From: an uncultured Actinomycetes bacterium
Lineage (GTDB): Bacteria; Actinomycetota; Actinomycetes; S36-B12; UBA10799
NCBI GenBank assembly: GCA_964547485.1
Contig: CAZJNU010000002.1
Coordinates: forward strand, 33,771-97,770
Direction: 5' to 3'
Length of the DNA: 64,000 bases
Shown: piece after piece, positions 1 through 10,332 of the stretch
How positions within the stretch are numbered: the first letter of the stretch is position 1
How the letters are laid out: the number at the start of each line of letters is the position of its first letter
The notes under the pieces: generated by a model
What the model saw: the letters and a program-made list of their open reading frames with translations, nothing else
Told to the model about the DNA's origin: nothing
Databases searched by the model: none
Position numbers and translations under genes: made by a program

Positions 1-243
1 GCTGCACTCCGCTACCGCCACCATCGATGCGGTGCCGGTGACTAGTACGCCTTCGATCACAGACTCCAGCAGCAGGTCGAGTTCGATCGGGGCACCGACC
101 GGCACCTTGATCACGGCATTGCCGAGGTCCTCACCTGCCCGCGCGACTCGCTGCAGCCGCTTCATCCCACCGGCACGTCGAAAGTCGTGCACATCGATCA
201 CCGCCGGATCCCGCGGGTCCGGGTGCTGCTGGGTGTTTGTCAC
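1..243 (-). CDS. YceD/DUF177 family protein (N-terminal part only; gene runs off the left edge)
   Basis: Manual minus-strand translation from GTG at 243 gives VTNTQQHPDPRDPAVIDVHDFRRAGGMKRLQRVARAGEDLGNAVIKVPVGAPIELDLLLESVIEGVLVTGTASMVAVAEC. The 'LDLxLESVxEGVLVTG' pattern is typical of DUF177, and the position next to sepIVA is conserved. It is absent from the ORF track because it is truncated. Confidence 0.6.
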   Translation of the reverse strand, partial: MTNTQQHPDPRDPAVIDVHDFRRAGGMKRLQRVARAGEDLGNAVIKVPVGAPIELDLLLESVIEGVLVTGTASMVAVAECS

Positions 244-273
244 TCTGCTCACTCGCGGCAGCCTACCGTCGCC

Positions 274-927
274 CTACCGTCGCGGGGGGTGACGACCCTC
301 GTCGAAACCACCCACCGACTCCAAATCGAAGATGTCCTCAGTCGCACCGATCGGGGGCTGGTGGTGAACCACCTGCGGCCGGTCGATCCTGCGCTGCACC
401 TGCGACTGTCCGCGACGGACCTCGTTCAACGCCCCCGCCAGCGCATCCTCAAGGTCGGCCAATCTGCTGGCCGCATAGCTGTCTGCCTGCAGTCGCACCC
501 GATCTGCCTCCCGGCGAGCGTGATCGACCGCTTCCGCTCCCTGCCGACGTGCCTCGGCGGAGATTTCGTGATCCGCTACCATCCGCTCCGCGTGTATTCG
601 AGCTTCGGCGATGATCCGGTCTGCCTCCCGCGCGGCGTCTGCGCGCGCCCGGTCGACCGCGTCGGCCCCCTCGCTGCGGAGCCGGGCAACCTCGGTCTTC
701 GCACTGGCCACCATCACGTCGCTTTCGCGCTGAGCGTCGGCGAGAATGTCATCACGGCGTCGCAGCAACACATCAGCTTCCCTGACGCTGTCGGGGATCG
801 CCGCCCGGACGTCTTCCAGCAGGTCCAGCACCTCGCCGCGGGGCACCACACACGACTGCGACAGCGGCATCGCCTTGGCGCCCTCGATGACGTCGGCCAC
901 GTCGTCGATCCGGTCGAAGATCTCCAC
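274..927 (-). CDS. sepIVA: SepIVA-like DivIVA-domain coiled-coil septation protein (often mis-annotated as ATP synthase b-like)
   Basis: 217-aa ORF. The N-terminus MEIFDRIDDVADVIEGAKAMPLSQSCVVPRGEVLDLLEDVRAAIP, followed by a long Ala/Arg/Asp/Glu coiled-coil, matches my recollection of mycobacterial Rv2927c-type proteins. It lies adjacent to DUF177. Confidence 0.65.
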   Translation of the reverse strand: MEIFDRIDDVADVIEGAKAMPLSQSCVVPRGEVLDLLEDVRAAIPDSVREADVLLRRRDDILADAQRESDVMVASAKTEVARLRSEGADAVDRARADAAREADRIIAEARIHAERMVADHEISAEARRQGAEAVDHARREADRVRLQADSYAASRLADLEDALAGALNEVRRGQSQVQRRIDRPQVVHHQPPIGATEDIFDLESVGGFDEGRHPPRR

Positions 928-930
928 CGT

Positions 931-1434
931 CTACTCCCCCGCCGCCGCGCGCGCGGCCTGCTGTTCGAGCTTCACGTTCAGTCGCTCGAGCACCAGTGCC
1001 GGCACCAACTCGGAGACGTCTCCGCCATAGGTGGCGACTTCCTTGATCAGCGACGACGAGAGGAACGAGTACAGCGGATTGGTCGACATGAACAGCGTGT
1101 CCACCCCGGCCAACCGATGATTCATCTGCGCCATCTGCAGTTCGTAGTCGAAGTCGCTGACCGCCCGCAACCCCTTCACAATGGCGACGACCTCGTGCTC
1201 GCGACAGAATTCCACCAGCAGTCCGTGGAATGACAGGATGCGAACATTTGGTAGGTGCGCGGTTGCCTGCGTCAGGATGTCGATCCGTTCCGGGATGGCG
1301 AAGAGTCCGGTCTTCTTCTTGTTGATCAGCACCGACACGATCACCTCGTCGAACAGGCCCGAGGCCCGCGAGATGATGTCCAGGTGCCCGTTGGTCACGG
1401 GGTCGAAGGAGCCAGGGCACACTGCACGCCTCAC
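931..1434 (-). CDS. coaD: Phosphopantetheine adenylyltransferase
   Basis: The sequence shows [16 protein letters not shown] (the T/HxGH nucleotidyltransferase motif) and SSSLIKEV. I place the start at GTG 1434, which forms a GTGA overlap with the rsmD stop and follows GGAGAGGAG. The ORF-track start at 1599 adds a non-homologous 55-aa extension. Confidence 0.93.
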   Translation of the reverse strand: MRRAVCPGSFDPVTNGHLDIISRASGLFDEVIVSVLINKKKTGLFAIPERIDILTQATAHLPNVRILSFHGLLVEFCREHEVVAIVKGLRAVSDFDYELQMAQMNHRLAGVDTLFMSTNPLYSFLSSSLIKEVATYGGDVSELVPALVLERLNVKLEQQAARAAAGE

Positions 1435-2033
1435 GTTGACTCCTCTCCGGTTGACCGCACTGACGCTACCAAACGGCCGAGCTGAATCACGGTCTGTGCG
1501 TACCGGCGATCCGTGACAGTTGACCAATCCGGTGGCCAGTGGAACGGCGTTCCGCGGGTCGAGCGTTCGACAACCGCCCACGCACCCGGCGCCAACCACA
1601 GGCCGACGCGCAGATCCGACAGCACCTGCGCCACCTTGTCACCGTCCAGGTCGTACGGCGGATCCAGCACGACAAGGTCCACCGCGGGGATGTCTGGTGC
1701 CATCGCGGCGCGTGCGGCCAGCCGGGTGGCGTCAGCCGCCAGAACCTTGACGCCTTCAAGTCCGGCTGTGGCGATGTTCCGGCGGATGACAGCCAAAGCC
1801 CGTCGATCTCGCTCCACCAGCAGCACAGATGACGCCCCTCGCGAAGCCGCCTCCAGTCCCATCGCCCCGCTGCCTGCATAGAGGTCAAGCACACATCGTC
1901 CCGACCAGCCGCTCAGGTGATGTCCCAGCGATGAGAAGACGGCCTCTCGAACACGATCGGAGGTCGGTCTGGTCACCACCGGCGGCACCTCCAGCCGTCG
2001 ACCCCGGGCCCGCCCGGCAATAATCCGCGTCAT
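1431..2033 (-). CDS. rsmD: 16S rRNA (guanine966-N2)-methyltransferase RsmD
   Basis: [51 protein letters not shown] and the LDPPY motif. It overlaps the recG stop and the coaD start, so it is part of an operon. Confidence 0.92.
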   Translation of the reverse strand: MTRIIAGRARGRRLEVPPVVTRPTSDRVREAVFSSLGHHLSGWSGRCVLDLYAGSGAMGLEAASRGASSVLLVERDRRALAVIRRNIATAGLEGVKVLAADATRLAARAAMAPDIPAVDLVVLDPPYDLDGDKVAQVLSDLRVGLWLAPGAWAVVERSTRGTPFHWPPDWSTVTDRRYAQTVIQLGRLVASVRSTGEEST

Positions 2034-4231
2034 GTCTTCTCGAGATAGTCGACGTCGTCTGCGGCCTCTGTGGCCGCCAATGCCGCCATCAGGGCCGGCT
2101 GCCCCCGAAGGCCCGGGTCAGTGGCCAACACATCGGCGAACTCGTCCCTGGCTCGGGCAATGATCTCCTCATGCTCGAGCACCGACAGCAGCCGCAACGA
2201 GTTCGAGCGCCCCGACTGGTTGGCACCCAACACGTCACCTTCCCGCCGTGCCCGCAAATCCACCAGACTCAATTCGAACCCGTCGGTGGTGGCGGCGACC
2301 GCCTGCAGCCGCTCCCGAGCCGGGCTCCCCTGGGCGGCGGTGGTGACCAACAGGCACAGACCAGGGGCTGACCCTCTTCCGACGCGACCCCGGAGTTGGT
2401 GCAGAGCTGAGACGCCGAATCGCTCGGCATCCACAATCACCATCGTGGTCGCGTTCGGCACATCGACGCCGACCTCGATCACGGTGGTCGCGACAAGTAC
2501 GTCCAACGGCTCAGCGCTGCCAGTCGGATCGGCAAACGCGGCCATCACTGCATCCTTCGCCGCGGGACGCAGCCGCCCGTGCAGCAGTCCCAGCCGAATA
2601 CCGGCGAGCGGGCCTGCCGCGAGGAAGTCGGCCAACTCGACCACCGCCGCCGGGGGGTAACCAGCTGGGCGGGCCTCGCTCTGTTCGCCTTCCTCGATGC
2701 GAGGGCACACCAGGTAGACCTGATGTCCCGACTCCACTTCCTCACGCACCCTGAGCCAGGTTCTGCTCAGGTAATCCGGTCGTTCCGCGGCGGGCACGAC
2801 GTGCGTCGCGATCGGAGACCGTCCCGCTGGCAGTTCACGCAGCGTCGACACGTCCAGATCGCCGAACACTGTCATCGCCACTGTCCTGGGTATCGGGGTC
2901 GCGGTCATCACCAGTAGGTGGGGTCGGGTGTCGGTCCTTGCCTTGTCGAGTAGTAGCGCCCGTTGCTCCACCCCAAACCGATGCTGTTCATCGATGACGA
3001 CCAGGCCGAGATCGTGGAAGTCAACACCTTCGGAGATCAGGGCGTGGGTGCCGACCACGATGCCGGCCTGACCAGTGGCGATGTCGGCCAGCGCCTGCCG
3101 CCGCTCAGCAGCCGGCTGGGACCCGGTCAGCAGCACCACGCCGGTGGCTCCGTCCGCGCCCTGCAAGGTGCCCGCTGCGGCCATCGGCCCCAGCAAATCC
3201 AGGATGACGCGGTAGTGCTGCCCGGCCAGCACCTCCGTCGGTGCCAGCAACGCCGCCTGGGCTCCGGCATCGACCACCGACAGCATGGCTCGTAGCGCGA
3301 CCACCGTCTTGCCCGATCCGACCTCGCCCTGAAGTAGTCGCATCATCGGATGATCCTGCGCCAGGTCAGCTCGAATCTCCTCGGCGACCAGCGACTGGCC
3401 CGGTGTCAATTCGAAGGGCAGCGCGGCATCCAACGCGGCCACAAGTCCGTCGGGCTTCTCCAGCCTCGGGACTGCCGTCAGTGCCCGAGCCACGCTCCGG
3501 CGACGCAACAGCACACCCTGCAACAGGAACGCTTCCTGCCAACGCAATCGGTCCCGGGCCGCGTCGGCCGCGGCCAGGTCCGCAGGTCGATGGACATCGT
3601 GAAGGGCGGTCGAGAGATCCAGCAGGCCATACCGAGATCGCACCTCGTCAGGTATTGGATCGGCGACACCCTCGGCATACGGCAGCACCAATGCCATGAC
3701 TGCTTGGATTCGCCAACTCGGCATCCCGGACGTGGCTGGGTAGACCGGAATGACGGTGTTGCTGAAGGCGGCGGCCGCCTCCGGGTCACTCGGTTCGTCC
3801 ACTTCGGGCAGCAGCACGAAGCTCGGGTGGGACAGTTGCCGCCGACCCCGGAAGGACCCGACTTTGCCGGCGAAGAGTCCCCGTCTCCCCGGCCGCAATT
3901 GCCCCTGCCGAAAGGCCTGGTTGAAGAACGTGACGGTCAATTCCCCGGTGCCGTCGGTGACGACCACTTCCACCACATTCGTCCGCTTACCGCGAGCAGA
4001 TCCACCTCGAGGATTCGTCCACCTGCTGTTGACGGTCTTCACCCGGGCCATCACGGTGACCTCTTCATCGATCCGCAACGAAGCGAGATCAGTAAGTTGG
4101 CCACGAGGGATGTACCGCCGCGGATAGTGCCGAAGGGCATCGGAGACCGTGCGCATTCCAAAGGCCTTGTGTAATCGATCGGCGGTACGACCACCGACCA
4201 CCGACTGAAGATCCGGGTCGAGTTCAGCCAC
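2030..4231 (-). CDS. recG: ATP-dependent DNA helicase RecG
   Basis: 733 aa with Walker A GEVGSGKT, DEQHRFG, an N-terminal wedge/OB region and C-terminal helicase motifs (QLRGRVGRG). Confidence 0.95.
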   Translation of the reverse strand: MAELDPDLQSVVGGRTADRLHKAFGMRTVSDALRHYPRRYIPRGQLTDLASLRIDEEVTVMARVKTVNSRWTNPRGGSARGKRTNVVEVVVTDGTGELTVTFFNQAFRQGQLRPGRRGLFAGKVGSFRGRRQLSHPSFVLLPEVDEPSDPEAAAAFSNTVIPVYPATSGMPSWRIQAVMALVLPYAEGVADPIPDEVRSRYGLLDLSTALHDVHRPADLAAADAARDRLRWQEAFLLQGVLLRRRSVARALTAVPRLEKPDGLVAALDAALPFELTPGQSLVAEEIRADLAQDHPMMRLLQGEVGSGKTVVALRAMLSVVDAGAQAALLAPTEVLAGQHYRVILDLLGPMAAAGTLQGADGATGVVLLTGSQPAAERRQALADIATGQAGIVVGTHALISEGVDFHDLGLVVIDEQHRFGVEQRALLLDKARTDTRPHLLVMTATPIPRTVAMTVFGDLDVSTLRELPAGRSPIATHVVPAAERPDYLSRTWLRVREEVESGHQVYLVCPRIEEGEQSEARPAGYPPAAVVELADFLAAGPLAGIRLGLLHGRLRPAAKDAVMAAFADPTGSAEPLDVLVATTVIEVGVDVPNATTMVIVDAERFGVSALHQLRGRVGRGSAPGLCLLVTTAAQGSPARERLQAVAATTDGFELSLVDLRARREGDVLGANQSGRSNSLRLLSVLEHEEIIARARDEFADVLATDPGLRGQPALMAALAATEAADDVDYLEKT

Positions 4232-4247
4232 AGCTACCGGGCTCTCC

Positions 4248-5846
4248 TCACTCGGCCCCGAAGATCAGCGGCCAGTGCGGTTGCCCGCCGTCGAGCACTT
4301 CGATCTCCAGGAACCGACGGTCAGTCATGGCGTGGTCGGACACCGCGTCGGCGAGCCCGGCAGGAACATCGTCCCCGGTGATGACGGTGAGCAGTTCGGT
4401 GGAACCGGAGACCAGTCGGTCGACCACGTTCTGGGCCACGCTGACCAGGTCCTCACCGATCTCGACGATATCGCCGTCCAACAGTCCGAGTACGTCTCCG
4501 GGCCGACAGCTACCCGCGTTTGTGACCGCCTCTCGGGCCGCAGTCGTGACGGCGCCGTAGCGGGTGGCCCCGGCGGCCCGACCCATCGCGATCACAGCAT
4601 CGTCAAACCGCGCCTGCGGATCATGAACAGCGATCGCGGCCAAGCTTTGAACGATGCTCCGAGTGGGCACGACGCTGGCCCGCAACCCCAGGTCACGAGC
4701 GGCCGAGGCGGCCGCCTCGGCCACCGGCAACGTGTCCTTGTCGCTGGGAAGAAAGACGATGTCATGGGCCTTGGCGCGCTGCGCGCCGGCGAGCAACTCA
4801 GCGGTCGACGGGCGGCCCCGAGGTCTGGCCGGAACCACGGTGACCCCTTCTGCCGCCAGGTAGGCAGCCATCCCGGGGCCGTGCGTGACGACTACCAACG
4901 CTCGACTGTTCATCTCCCCGCGGCCCTGTTGCCGCAACGAGTCTGCCTCCAACAGTCGGGTTACCCGAATCCGGTGCGGACGGCCCGCTTCCACCCCCCG
5001 CTCCATCGCGGCGCCCACCGTGTCGGTGTGCACATGAACGTTCCAGAGGCCATGGCCCCCCACAACCACCACGGAATCCCCCAAACCGCTGAGCTGTTCC
5101 CGGAGCAGTTGTGCCGCATCGTCTGCGGCGTCCAACAGGTACATCACCTCGTATTCCGGCCCGGTATAGCCAGCCACCGGCGTGTGTGCGGTCGGCCGGA
5201 TCAGAGCCGCGGCCGGCGCCGACACCCGCTGCCGACCCGAGACGGCATCGTCCAACGCCTCCAGCATCACCACCAGACCCCGACCTCCGGCGTCGACCAC
5301 CCCCGCCTCCCGCAGCACCGGCAACTGATCCGGGGTCCGGGCGAGCGCCTCCCGCGCCGTCTCGACCGCGGCGCGCGCGGTGCGACCCAGATCGTCCCCG
5401 ATCAGCGTGGCACCTTCGGCCGCGGCCCTGGAGACCGTCAGCACGGTGCCCTCCTTCGGAACGGCGACCGCCTGGTAGGCCGACGAACTTGCCCGTGCCA
5501 GCGCCCGGGCCAGGGCCTCGCCGCGCAGTTGCCCCGCGGACTCCTCCGCAAGCGAGTCGGCCAATCCGCGGAGCAACTGACTCGCGATCACCCCCGAGTT
5601 GCCTCGGGCGCCGAGCAGTGCGCCCCGGGCGAAGGCTTCCACCACCTCCGCCAGTAGCGCCTCCGCCGGCTCGGCCGCCACCGCCTCCTCCGCCGCCTCC
5701 AGCGTCAGGTAGAGGTTGGTGCCGGTGTCGCCATCGGGCACCGGGAATACGTTGAGGGCATCAATCTCTGCCCGTTGGGAACCCAGCTGCTCCACCGTCA
5801 GCAGCGCCCACCGGCGAATCACCTGGGTATCAAGAGCCTCGTGCAT
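4248..5846 (-). CDS. DAK2 domain-containing protein (YloV-like)
   Basis: 532 aa. The N-terminal DAK2 signature is VFPVPDGDTGTNL. The C-terminal region is DegV/YloV-like. It holds the conserved position upstream of recG. Confidence 0.88.
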   Translation of the reverse strand: MHEALDTQVIRRWALLTVEQLGSQRAEIDALNVFPVPDGDTGTNLYLTLEAAEEAVAAEPAEALLAEVVEAFARGALLGARGNSGVIASQLLRGLADSLAEESAGQLRGEALARALARASSSAYQAVAVPKEGTVLTVSRAAAEGATLIGDDLGRTARAAVETAREALARTPDQLPVLREAGVVDAGGRGLVVMLEALDDAVSGRQRVSAPAAALIRPTAHTPVAGYTGPEYEVMYLLDAADDAAQLLREQLSGLGDSVVVVGGHGLWNVHVHTDTVGAAMERGVEAGRPHRIRVTRLLEADSLRQQGRGEMNSRALVVVTHGPGMAAYLAAEGVTVVPARPRGRPSTAELLAGAQRAKAHDIVFLPSDKDTLPVAEAAASAARDLGLRASVVPTRSIVQSLAAIAVHDPQARFDDAVIAMGRAAGATRYGAVTTAAREAVTNAGSCRPGDVLGLLDGDIVEIGEDLVSVAQNVVDRLVSGSTELLTVITGDDVPAGLADAVSDHAMTDRRFLEIEVLDGGQPHWPLIFGAE

Positions 5847-6014
5847 GGGACCTCCGCCCTCGACCGGATATTGACACCGTCACCTGCCAGACCGCAGGCC
5901 GCACCCGGCCACCGATCCAACCCGCACCCAGCGATCGAACCGGGGCACGCTAGCATTGCAGACTAAACGCATTGCGCGCATGCACCAAACCCTACGAACA
6001 ATCTGGAGACCATT

Positions 6015-6200
6015 GTGGCTTCGACCTGCGACGTCTGCGGTAAAGGCCCGGGCTTCGGCAACAGCATTTCGCACTCCCACCGCCGGACCAAGCGCCGCTG
6101 GAACCCGAATATCCAGTCCGTGAAGGCCACGGTCGGTAAGACCCCGAAGAGGCTGAACGTCTGTACTTCCTGCCTGAAGGCCGGCAAAGTCAGCCGCTAG
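6015..6200 (+). CDS. rpmB: 50S ribosomal protein L28 (Cys-containing, zinc-ribbon type)
   Basis: 61 aa, (M)[36 protein letters not shown]...[13 protein letters not shown] start follows GGAGA. Two CxxC pairs are present. Confidence 0.95.
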   Translation: MASTCDVCGKGPGFGNSISHSHRRTKRRWNPNIQSVKATVGKTPKRLNVCTSCLKAGKVSR

Positions 6201-7164
6201 AGCTGAAGTGCTGCCAGCCACCTACGTCGGTGAACGGCTCTCCATCGACCGTGACCTGACCGTCGCCGGCGACGACTTCGCCGATCCGTTGGAAGCCCAC
6301 CGGCGGCTCCACATCGGGTGGGAAGGTTGCCACCAGCGAATGGTCGTCACCGCCGGTCAACACCCAGACCAACGGATTCGCACTGAAAGCGGTGGCGGTG
6401 TCCTTCAGCGGTGCATCCACCGGTAATAGCGAACTCACCAGCGCCACTGTGACGCCGGACGCCGCCGCGACATGTCTGACATCGGCGACTAGGCCATCGC
6501 TGACGTCGATCATCGAGGTCGCGCCGACCCGGGCGGCCTCGGGACCCGAGGTGTACGGCGGATCTGGGCGACGCAGTGCGTCGACCAGTACCCGAGGGGA
6601 TCGGAACCCTCGGCTCAGGACGGTGAGGCCAGCGCTGGCCCACCCTTGTCGACCGGCCAGCGCGACCACATCGCCAACCCGGGCACCGCTGCGAAGGACA
6701 GGCTGGCGTCCAGCCAGGTCCCCCAACGCAGTAATCGAGATGACAATGCCTCCGTCCGTCTCGGTGGTGTCACCGCCCACGACGGCTGCACCGACGGTTC
6801 GACACTCGTCAGCTATTCCGGTCAGCAACTGCCTCGCCCAGGAGATTTCGATCTCGCTCGGCAGCGAGACGGCTACCACCAGTGCTCGGGGATCCGCCCC
6901 CATCGCCACGACATCGGCGAGGTTGGCCGCTGCGGCGCGATGTCCGACGTCCTCGGGGCCGGACCAAGCACGCCGAAAGTGTCGCCCCTCCACCAACATG
7001 TCGGTGGTCACCACGACCCTCGGACCGGTCAGTCTGACGACGGCGGCGTCGTCACCGAGCCCCACCTCGACGAATCCAGGTCTGGCCAATCCGGCTGTGA
7101 TGCGATCGATCAGAGCGAACTCCCCGATCCCCGCCACCGGGTTGTTGCTGTCAATCCCGTCCAC
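6190..7164 (-). CDS. thiL: Thiamine-monophosphate kinase
   Basis: 324 aa AIR-synthase-fold protein with [26 protein letters not shown] and DVSDGL. Confidence 0.92.
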   Translation of the reverse strand: MDGIDSNNPVAGIGEFALIDRITAGLARPGFVEVGLGDDAAVVRLTGPRVVVTTDMLVEGRHFRRAWSGPEDVGHRAAAANLADVVAMGADPRALVVAVSLPSEIEISWARQLLTGIADECRTVGAAVVGGDTTETDGGIVISITALGDLAGRQPVLRSGARVGDVVALAGRQGWASAGLTVLSRGFRSPRVLVDALRRPDPPYTSGPEAARVGATSMIDVSDGLVADVRHVAAASGVTVALVSSLLPVDAPLKDTATAFSANPLVWVLTGGDDHSLVATFPPDVEPPVGFQRIGEVVAGDGQVTVDGEPFTDVGGWQHFSSSG

Positions 7165-7229
7165 GCTGCTTCCTTCCGACTAGGTCACGCTACTCTCGCA
7201 GCACCACTCATCACATGGAGGCGCAGGAC

Positions 7230-7475
7230 ATGACCGGCGTGGCAGTGAACGCGTACGTCCTGGTGCAAACCGACGTCGGTGTGTCGAAACAGGTCGCTGA
7301 GGCGATCGCCGAGATCGACGGCGTGACGTTCGCCGAGGACGTCACCGGCCCATATGACGTGATCGCCCGGGCCTCTGCGACGAACATGGATGAACTCGGT
7401 CGGCTCGTGATCTCCCGGATTCAGGGCGTCCCCGGCATCACCCGAACGTTGACGTGCCCCGTAGTACGCCTCTGA
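7230..7475 (+). CDS. Small Lrp/AsnC ligand-binding (RAM) domain protein
   Basis: MTGVAVNAYVLVQTD...DVTGPYDVIARA...LGRLVISRIQGVPGITRTLTCPVV. I choose ATG 7230, 8 nt after GGAGG at 7217-7221, rather than ATG 7215. Confidence 0.8.
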   Translation: MTGVAVNAYVLVQTDVGVSKQVAEAIAEIDGVTFAEDVTGPYDVIARASATNMDELGRLVISRIQGVPGITRTLTCPVVRL

Positions 7476-7915
7476 TCAGCGCGCTCGTCGTGATGGCCGC
7501 CGTGACGACGGGCTGCGCGGCGCCGGTGCCGGTGACCCCGCCGACTGGCGCGTCTGCTGCGTGCGCGGGGCTCCGCCGACAACTTCCGCAGGTCGTCGAC
7601 GGACAGCTGCGCCGACGTACCCAGCCAAACAGCCCGAGCACCGACGCCTGGGGCGATCCCGCGATTGTGCTGCGGTGCGGGGTGCCACGACCGGCGTCCT
7701 ATCGACAGACCTCCGAGTTGATCGGCATCAACGGCGTCGATTGGCTTCCCGAACCTGTGGTCGGCGGCTACCGCTTCACGACTGTGGGCCGTGCCGCAAA
7801 TGTCGAAGTAACCGTGCCTAGCGTCTACTCCCCGGAGGTCGACCCGCTGGTCGACCTGGCTGCGCCGATTCGGTCCGCCCTGCCGTCCGAGGACGATCTG
7901 CTGGGCGAACCCTGA
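7454..7915 (+). CDS. DUF3515-like lipoprotein
   Basis: GTG start. The signal and lipobox are PRSTPLISALVVMAAVTTG|C. It holds the conserved actinobacterial position between thiL and ddl. The body resembles DUF3515 from memory. Confidence 0.7.
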   Translation: MPRSTPLISALVVMAAVTTGCAAPVPVTPPTGASAACAGLRRQLPQVVDGQLRRRTQPNSPSTDAWGDPAIVLRCGVPRPASYRQTSELIGINGVDWLPEPVVGGYRFTTVGRAANVEVTVPSVYSPEVDPLVDLAAPIRSALPSEDDLLGEP

Positions 7916-7941
7916 GGTAACGGCGGATTGCGAACCCGACA

Positions 7942-9087
7942 TCAGCTGGGTCCGATGCCACTCCTGCCGATCGCATCCTGCAGCAATCGGTCCAACAACG
8001 CCGGATACGCCACCCCGGCCGCCGCCCAGACCACTGGGTACATCGAGGTTGCCGTGAACCCCGGAATGGTGTTCGGCTCATTGACCAGGACGGAGCCATC
8101 CGCGGTGACAAACATGTCGATCCGGGCCATACCTTCGCAGCCCAGGGTGTCGAAGGCCTGCAACGCGATCTTCTCGATCCGGTCGCGGATCTCGTCATCG
8201 AGCGTCGCCGGCACCGTGATCCGGGCACTTCCGTCCAGGTACTTCGCCTCGAAATCGTAGAACGCGTGCGGACCGAGCACTTCAATCTCGGCGCAGGCAC
8301 TGACCTCGGGCGGGCCGCCGTCGAGTCCGGCCAGCACCCCGCACTCAATCTCGCGACCACCGGTGATCGCCGCCTCCACAATCACTCGCGGGTCATGGCG
8401 GCGGGCCGCTTCAATCGCCGCCGGCAGGTCCTCGGCGACCGACACCTTGCTGATGCCGACGCTGGAGCCAGCACGAGCAGGTTTGACGAAGAGCGGCAAC
8501 CCCAATTCCAGCGCCCGCCGCAACACCTCCGTTCGAGCATGTCGCCATTGCCGGTCCGTCACTCCGAGGTAGGCGCCGATCGGGATACCGGCGCCCCCGA
8601 GCAGGTCCTTGGTGAGCACCTTGTCCATGCAGATCGCGGAGGCAGCGACACCGGACCCGACGAAGGGCAGCCCGGCAAGCTCGCACAATCCCTGGATGGT
8701 GCCGTCCTCGCCGTAGGCGCCATGCAAGACCGGGAACACCACATCGATTCCGATCCGGCGACCCTCGGCGTCGATCAGGCCACCGACAGCCGGATCCGCC
8801 GACAACTGCACCGGACGATCGTTGTTGACGATGGACGGCAACTCGCCGTCGTCGATCCGATAGTCATCCGGATCATCAGAGACCAACTGCCAGGATCCAG
8901 TCCGGGTAATCCCGACCGCGGTCACCTGATACCGCTGGCGATCGATCGCGGCCAGAATGCTGCCGGCCGACAGACAGGAGATCTGATGCTCACTGCTGTG
9001 GCCTCCGAACACCAATGCGACTCGAGGACGCCCGTCGGATGGGCGCGCTGCCGTCTGTCCGACCGCCGACTGTTCGGGTGCTGACAC
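7942..9087 (-). CDS. ddl: D-alanine--D-alanine ligase
   Basis: RVALVFGGHSSEHQISCLSAGSI, an ATP-grasp body, and the C-terminal EPNTIPGFT. The start is uncertain. GTG 9087 avoids a head-on overlap with the divergent gene at 9146. The ORF-track start at 9279 and ATG 9153 are less likely. Confidence 0.9.
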   Translation of the reverse strand: MSAPEQSAVGQTAARPSDGRPRVALVFGGHSSEHQISCLSAGSILAAIDRQRYQVTAVGITRTGSWQLVSDDPDDYRIDDGELPSIVNNDRPVQLSADPAVGGLIDAEGRRIGIDVVFPVLHGAYGEDGTIQGLCELAGLPFVGSGVAASAICMDKVLTKDLLGGAGIPIGAYLGVTDRQWRHARTEVLRRALELGLPLFVKPARAGSSVGISKVSVAEDLPAAIEAARRHDPRVIVEAAITGGREIECGVLAGLDGGPPEVSACAEIEVLGPHAFYDFEAKYLDGSARITVPATLDDEIRDRIEKIALQAFDTLGCEGMARIDMFVTADGSVLVNEPNTIPGFTATSMYPVVWAAAGVAYPALLDRLLQDAIGRSGIGPS

Positions 9088-9145
9088 GGTAGGCGACACT
9101 ACTAGCCGGAGCCGCCCGGCCTGCGGATGCCGGGCCGATGGGAGT

Positions 9146-10312
9146 GTGACCATGATCGCGGACAATCGCGGACATCGTGAGGGTGTCGCGCCGGAATGGA
9201 CCGCGGCAACTATCGCCGTGTCGGGAGGGCGGCCACAGGCTGCCGGGGCGCCGTTGAACACCCCCATCATGCCGGCCACTTCGTTCCGCGGCGATGGCGA
9301 TCCCGGCTACAGCCGCGCCGGAAACCCCAGCTGGGAACCGTTCGAACAGGTGGTGGGAGCACTCGAAGGTGGTACTGCGTTGGCCTTTGGATCAGGGATG
9401 GCCGCCATCACCGCCGCTTTCGAGTGCGCCTTTGCCGGCAGTTCGGACCCGCGCGGACAGTGTGTCGTCGCAGCGCCGGCGGTGTGCTACTCCGGTACCC
9501 GCAGCCTGCTGGACGGCTGGGCGTCGACGGGCCGGATAGTCCTGGTCGAGTACAACGGTGAGGACGCAGAGTCCGTCATCGCTGCTGTCACCACAGCCGA
9601 TGTGGTGTTCATCGAGTCGCCCGCAAACCCAATAATGACGATCACTGATATCGCCGCGACCGCTGCCCTCGCCCGGACCGCGGCCGCACTCACCATCTGC
9701 GACAACACCTATGCGACACCGCTGGTGACCAGACCGCTGGCGCTGGGCGTGGACCTGGTGGTGCATTCCGCCTCCAAGTACCTGGCCGGGCATTCAGATG
9801 CCCTGCTCGGCGTAGCGGTCACCCGCACCGAGCAACTCGCGGCCAGACTGCTGGAACATCGCACCGGCCACGGTGCGGTGCCGGGCGTGCTGGAGGCCTA
9901 TCTGGCCACCAGGGGCCTGCGGACTCTGCCCCTGCGGATGGCACGATCGCAGACCAGCGCAGCCGATCTCGCAGCAAGGTTGGCGGCGCATCCGGACGTC
10001 GCCTGGGTTCGATATCCAGGACTGCTCGAGGATCCAGGACACCAGGTCGCGGCCAGCCAGATGTCGGATTTCGGTTCGGTGATCGCCTTCGGCCCGAAGG
10101 GTGGCGCCGAGGCAGCTGGCCGGGTTCCGCTGGCGACCAGACTCTGGCTGCACGCGACCAGCCTCGGTGGGGTGGAGTCCACGCTGGAACGACGCCGCCG
10201 CCACCCGCAGGAATCCCCAGCGACACCGGCCGATCTGATCCGGCTGTCGGTTGGCTGCGAGGACGTGGAGGACCTGTGGCGGGACCTGGACCAGGCCATC
10301 TCCGGAGCATGA
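9146..10312 (+). CDS. Cys/Met-metabolism PLP-dependent enzyme (cystathionine gamma-synthase/beta-lyase family)
   Basis: 388 aa with YSRAGNPSWEPFE and the PLP-lysine motif HSASKYLAGHSD. The C-terminus is LIRLSVGCEDVEDLWRDL. Confidence 0.88.
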   Translation: MTMIADNRGHREGVAPEWTAATIAVSGGRPQAAGAPLNTPIMPATSFRGDGDPGYSRAGNPSWEPFEQVVGALEGGTALAFGSGMAAITAAFECAFAGSSDPRGQCVVAAPAVCYSGTRSLLDGWASTGRIVLVEYNGEDAESVIAAVTTADVVFIESPANPIMTITDIAATAALARTAAALTICDNTYATPLVTRPLALGVDLVVHSASKYLAGHSDALLGVAVTRTEQLAARLLEHRTGHGAVPGVLEAYLATRGLRTLPLRMARSQTSAADLAARLAAHPDVAWVRYPGLLEDPGHQVAASQMSDFGSVIAFGPKGGAEAAGRVPLATRLWLHATSLGGVESTLERRRRHPQESPATPADLIRLSVGCEDVEDLWRDLDQAISGA

Positions 10313-10332
10313 CCCGCTTGTGAACTCGCCTG

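Noticed and set aside
187-1233. 348-aa plus-strand ORF spanning sepIVA and coaD
   Set aside because: It is antisense to two genes with clear homology. Its Arg/Pro/Gly-rich translation is typical of shadow ORFs in high-GC DNA.
4275-5657. 460-aa plus-strand ORF, and the 214-aa Pro/Arg-rich ORF at 5111-5755
   Set aside because: Both are antisense to the well-supported DAK2-domain gene. Their low-complexity P/R/G content gives no motif support.
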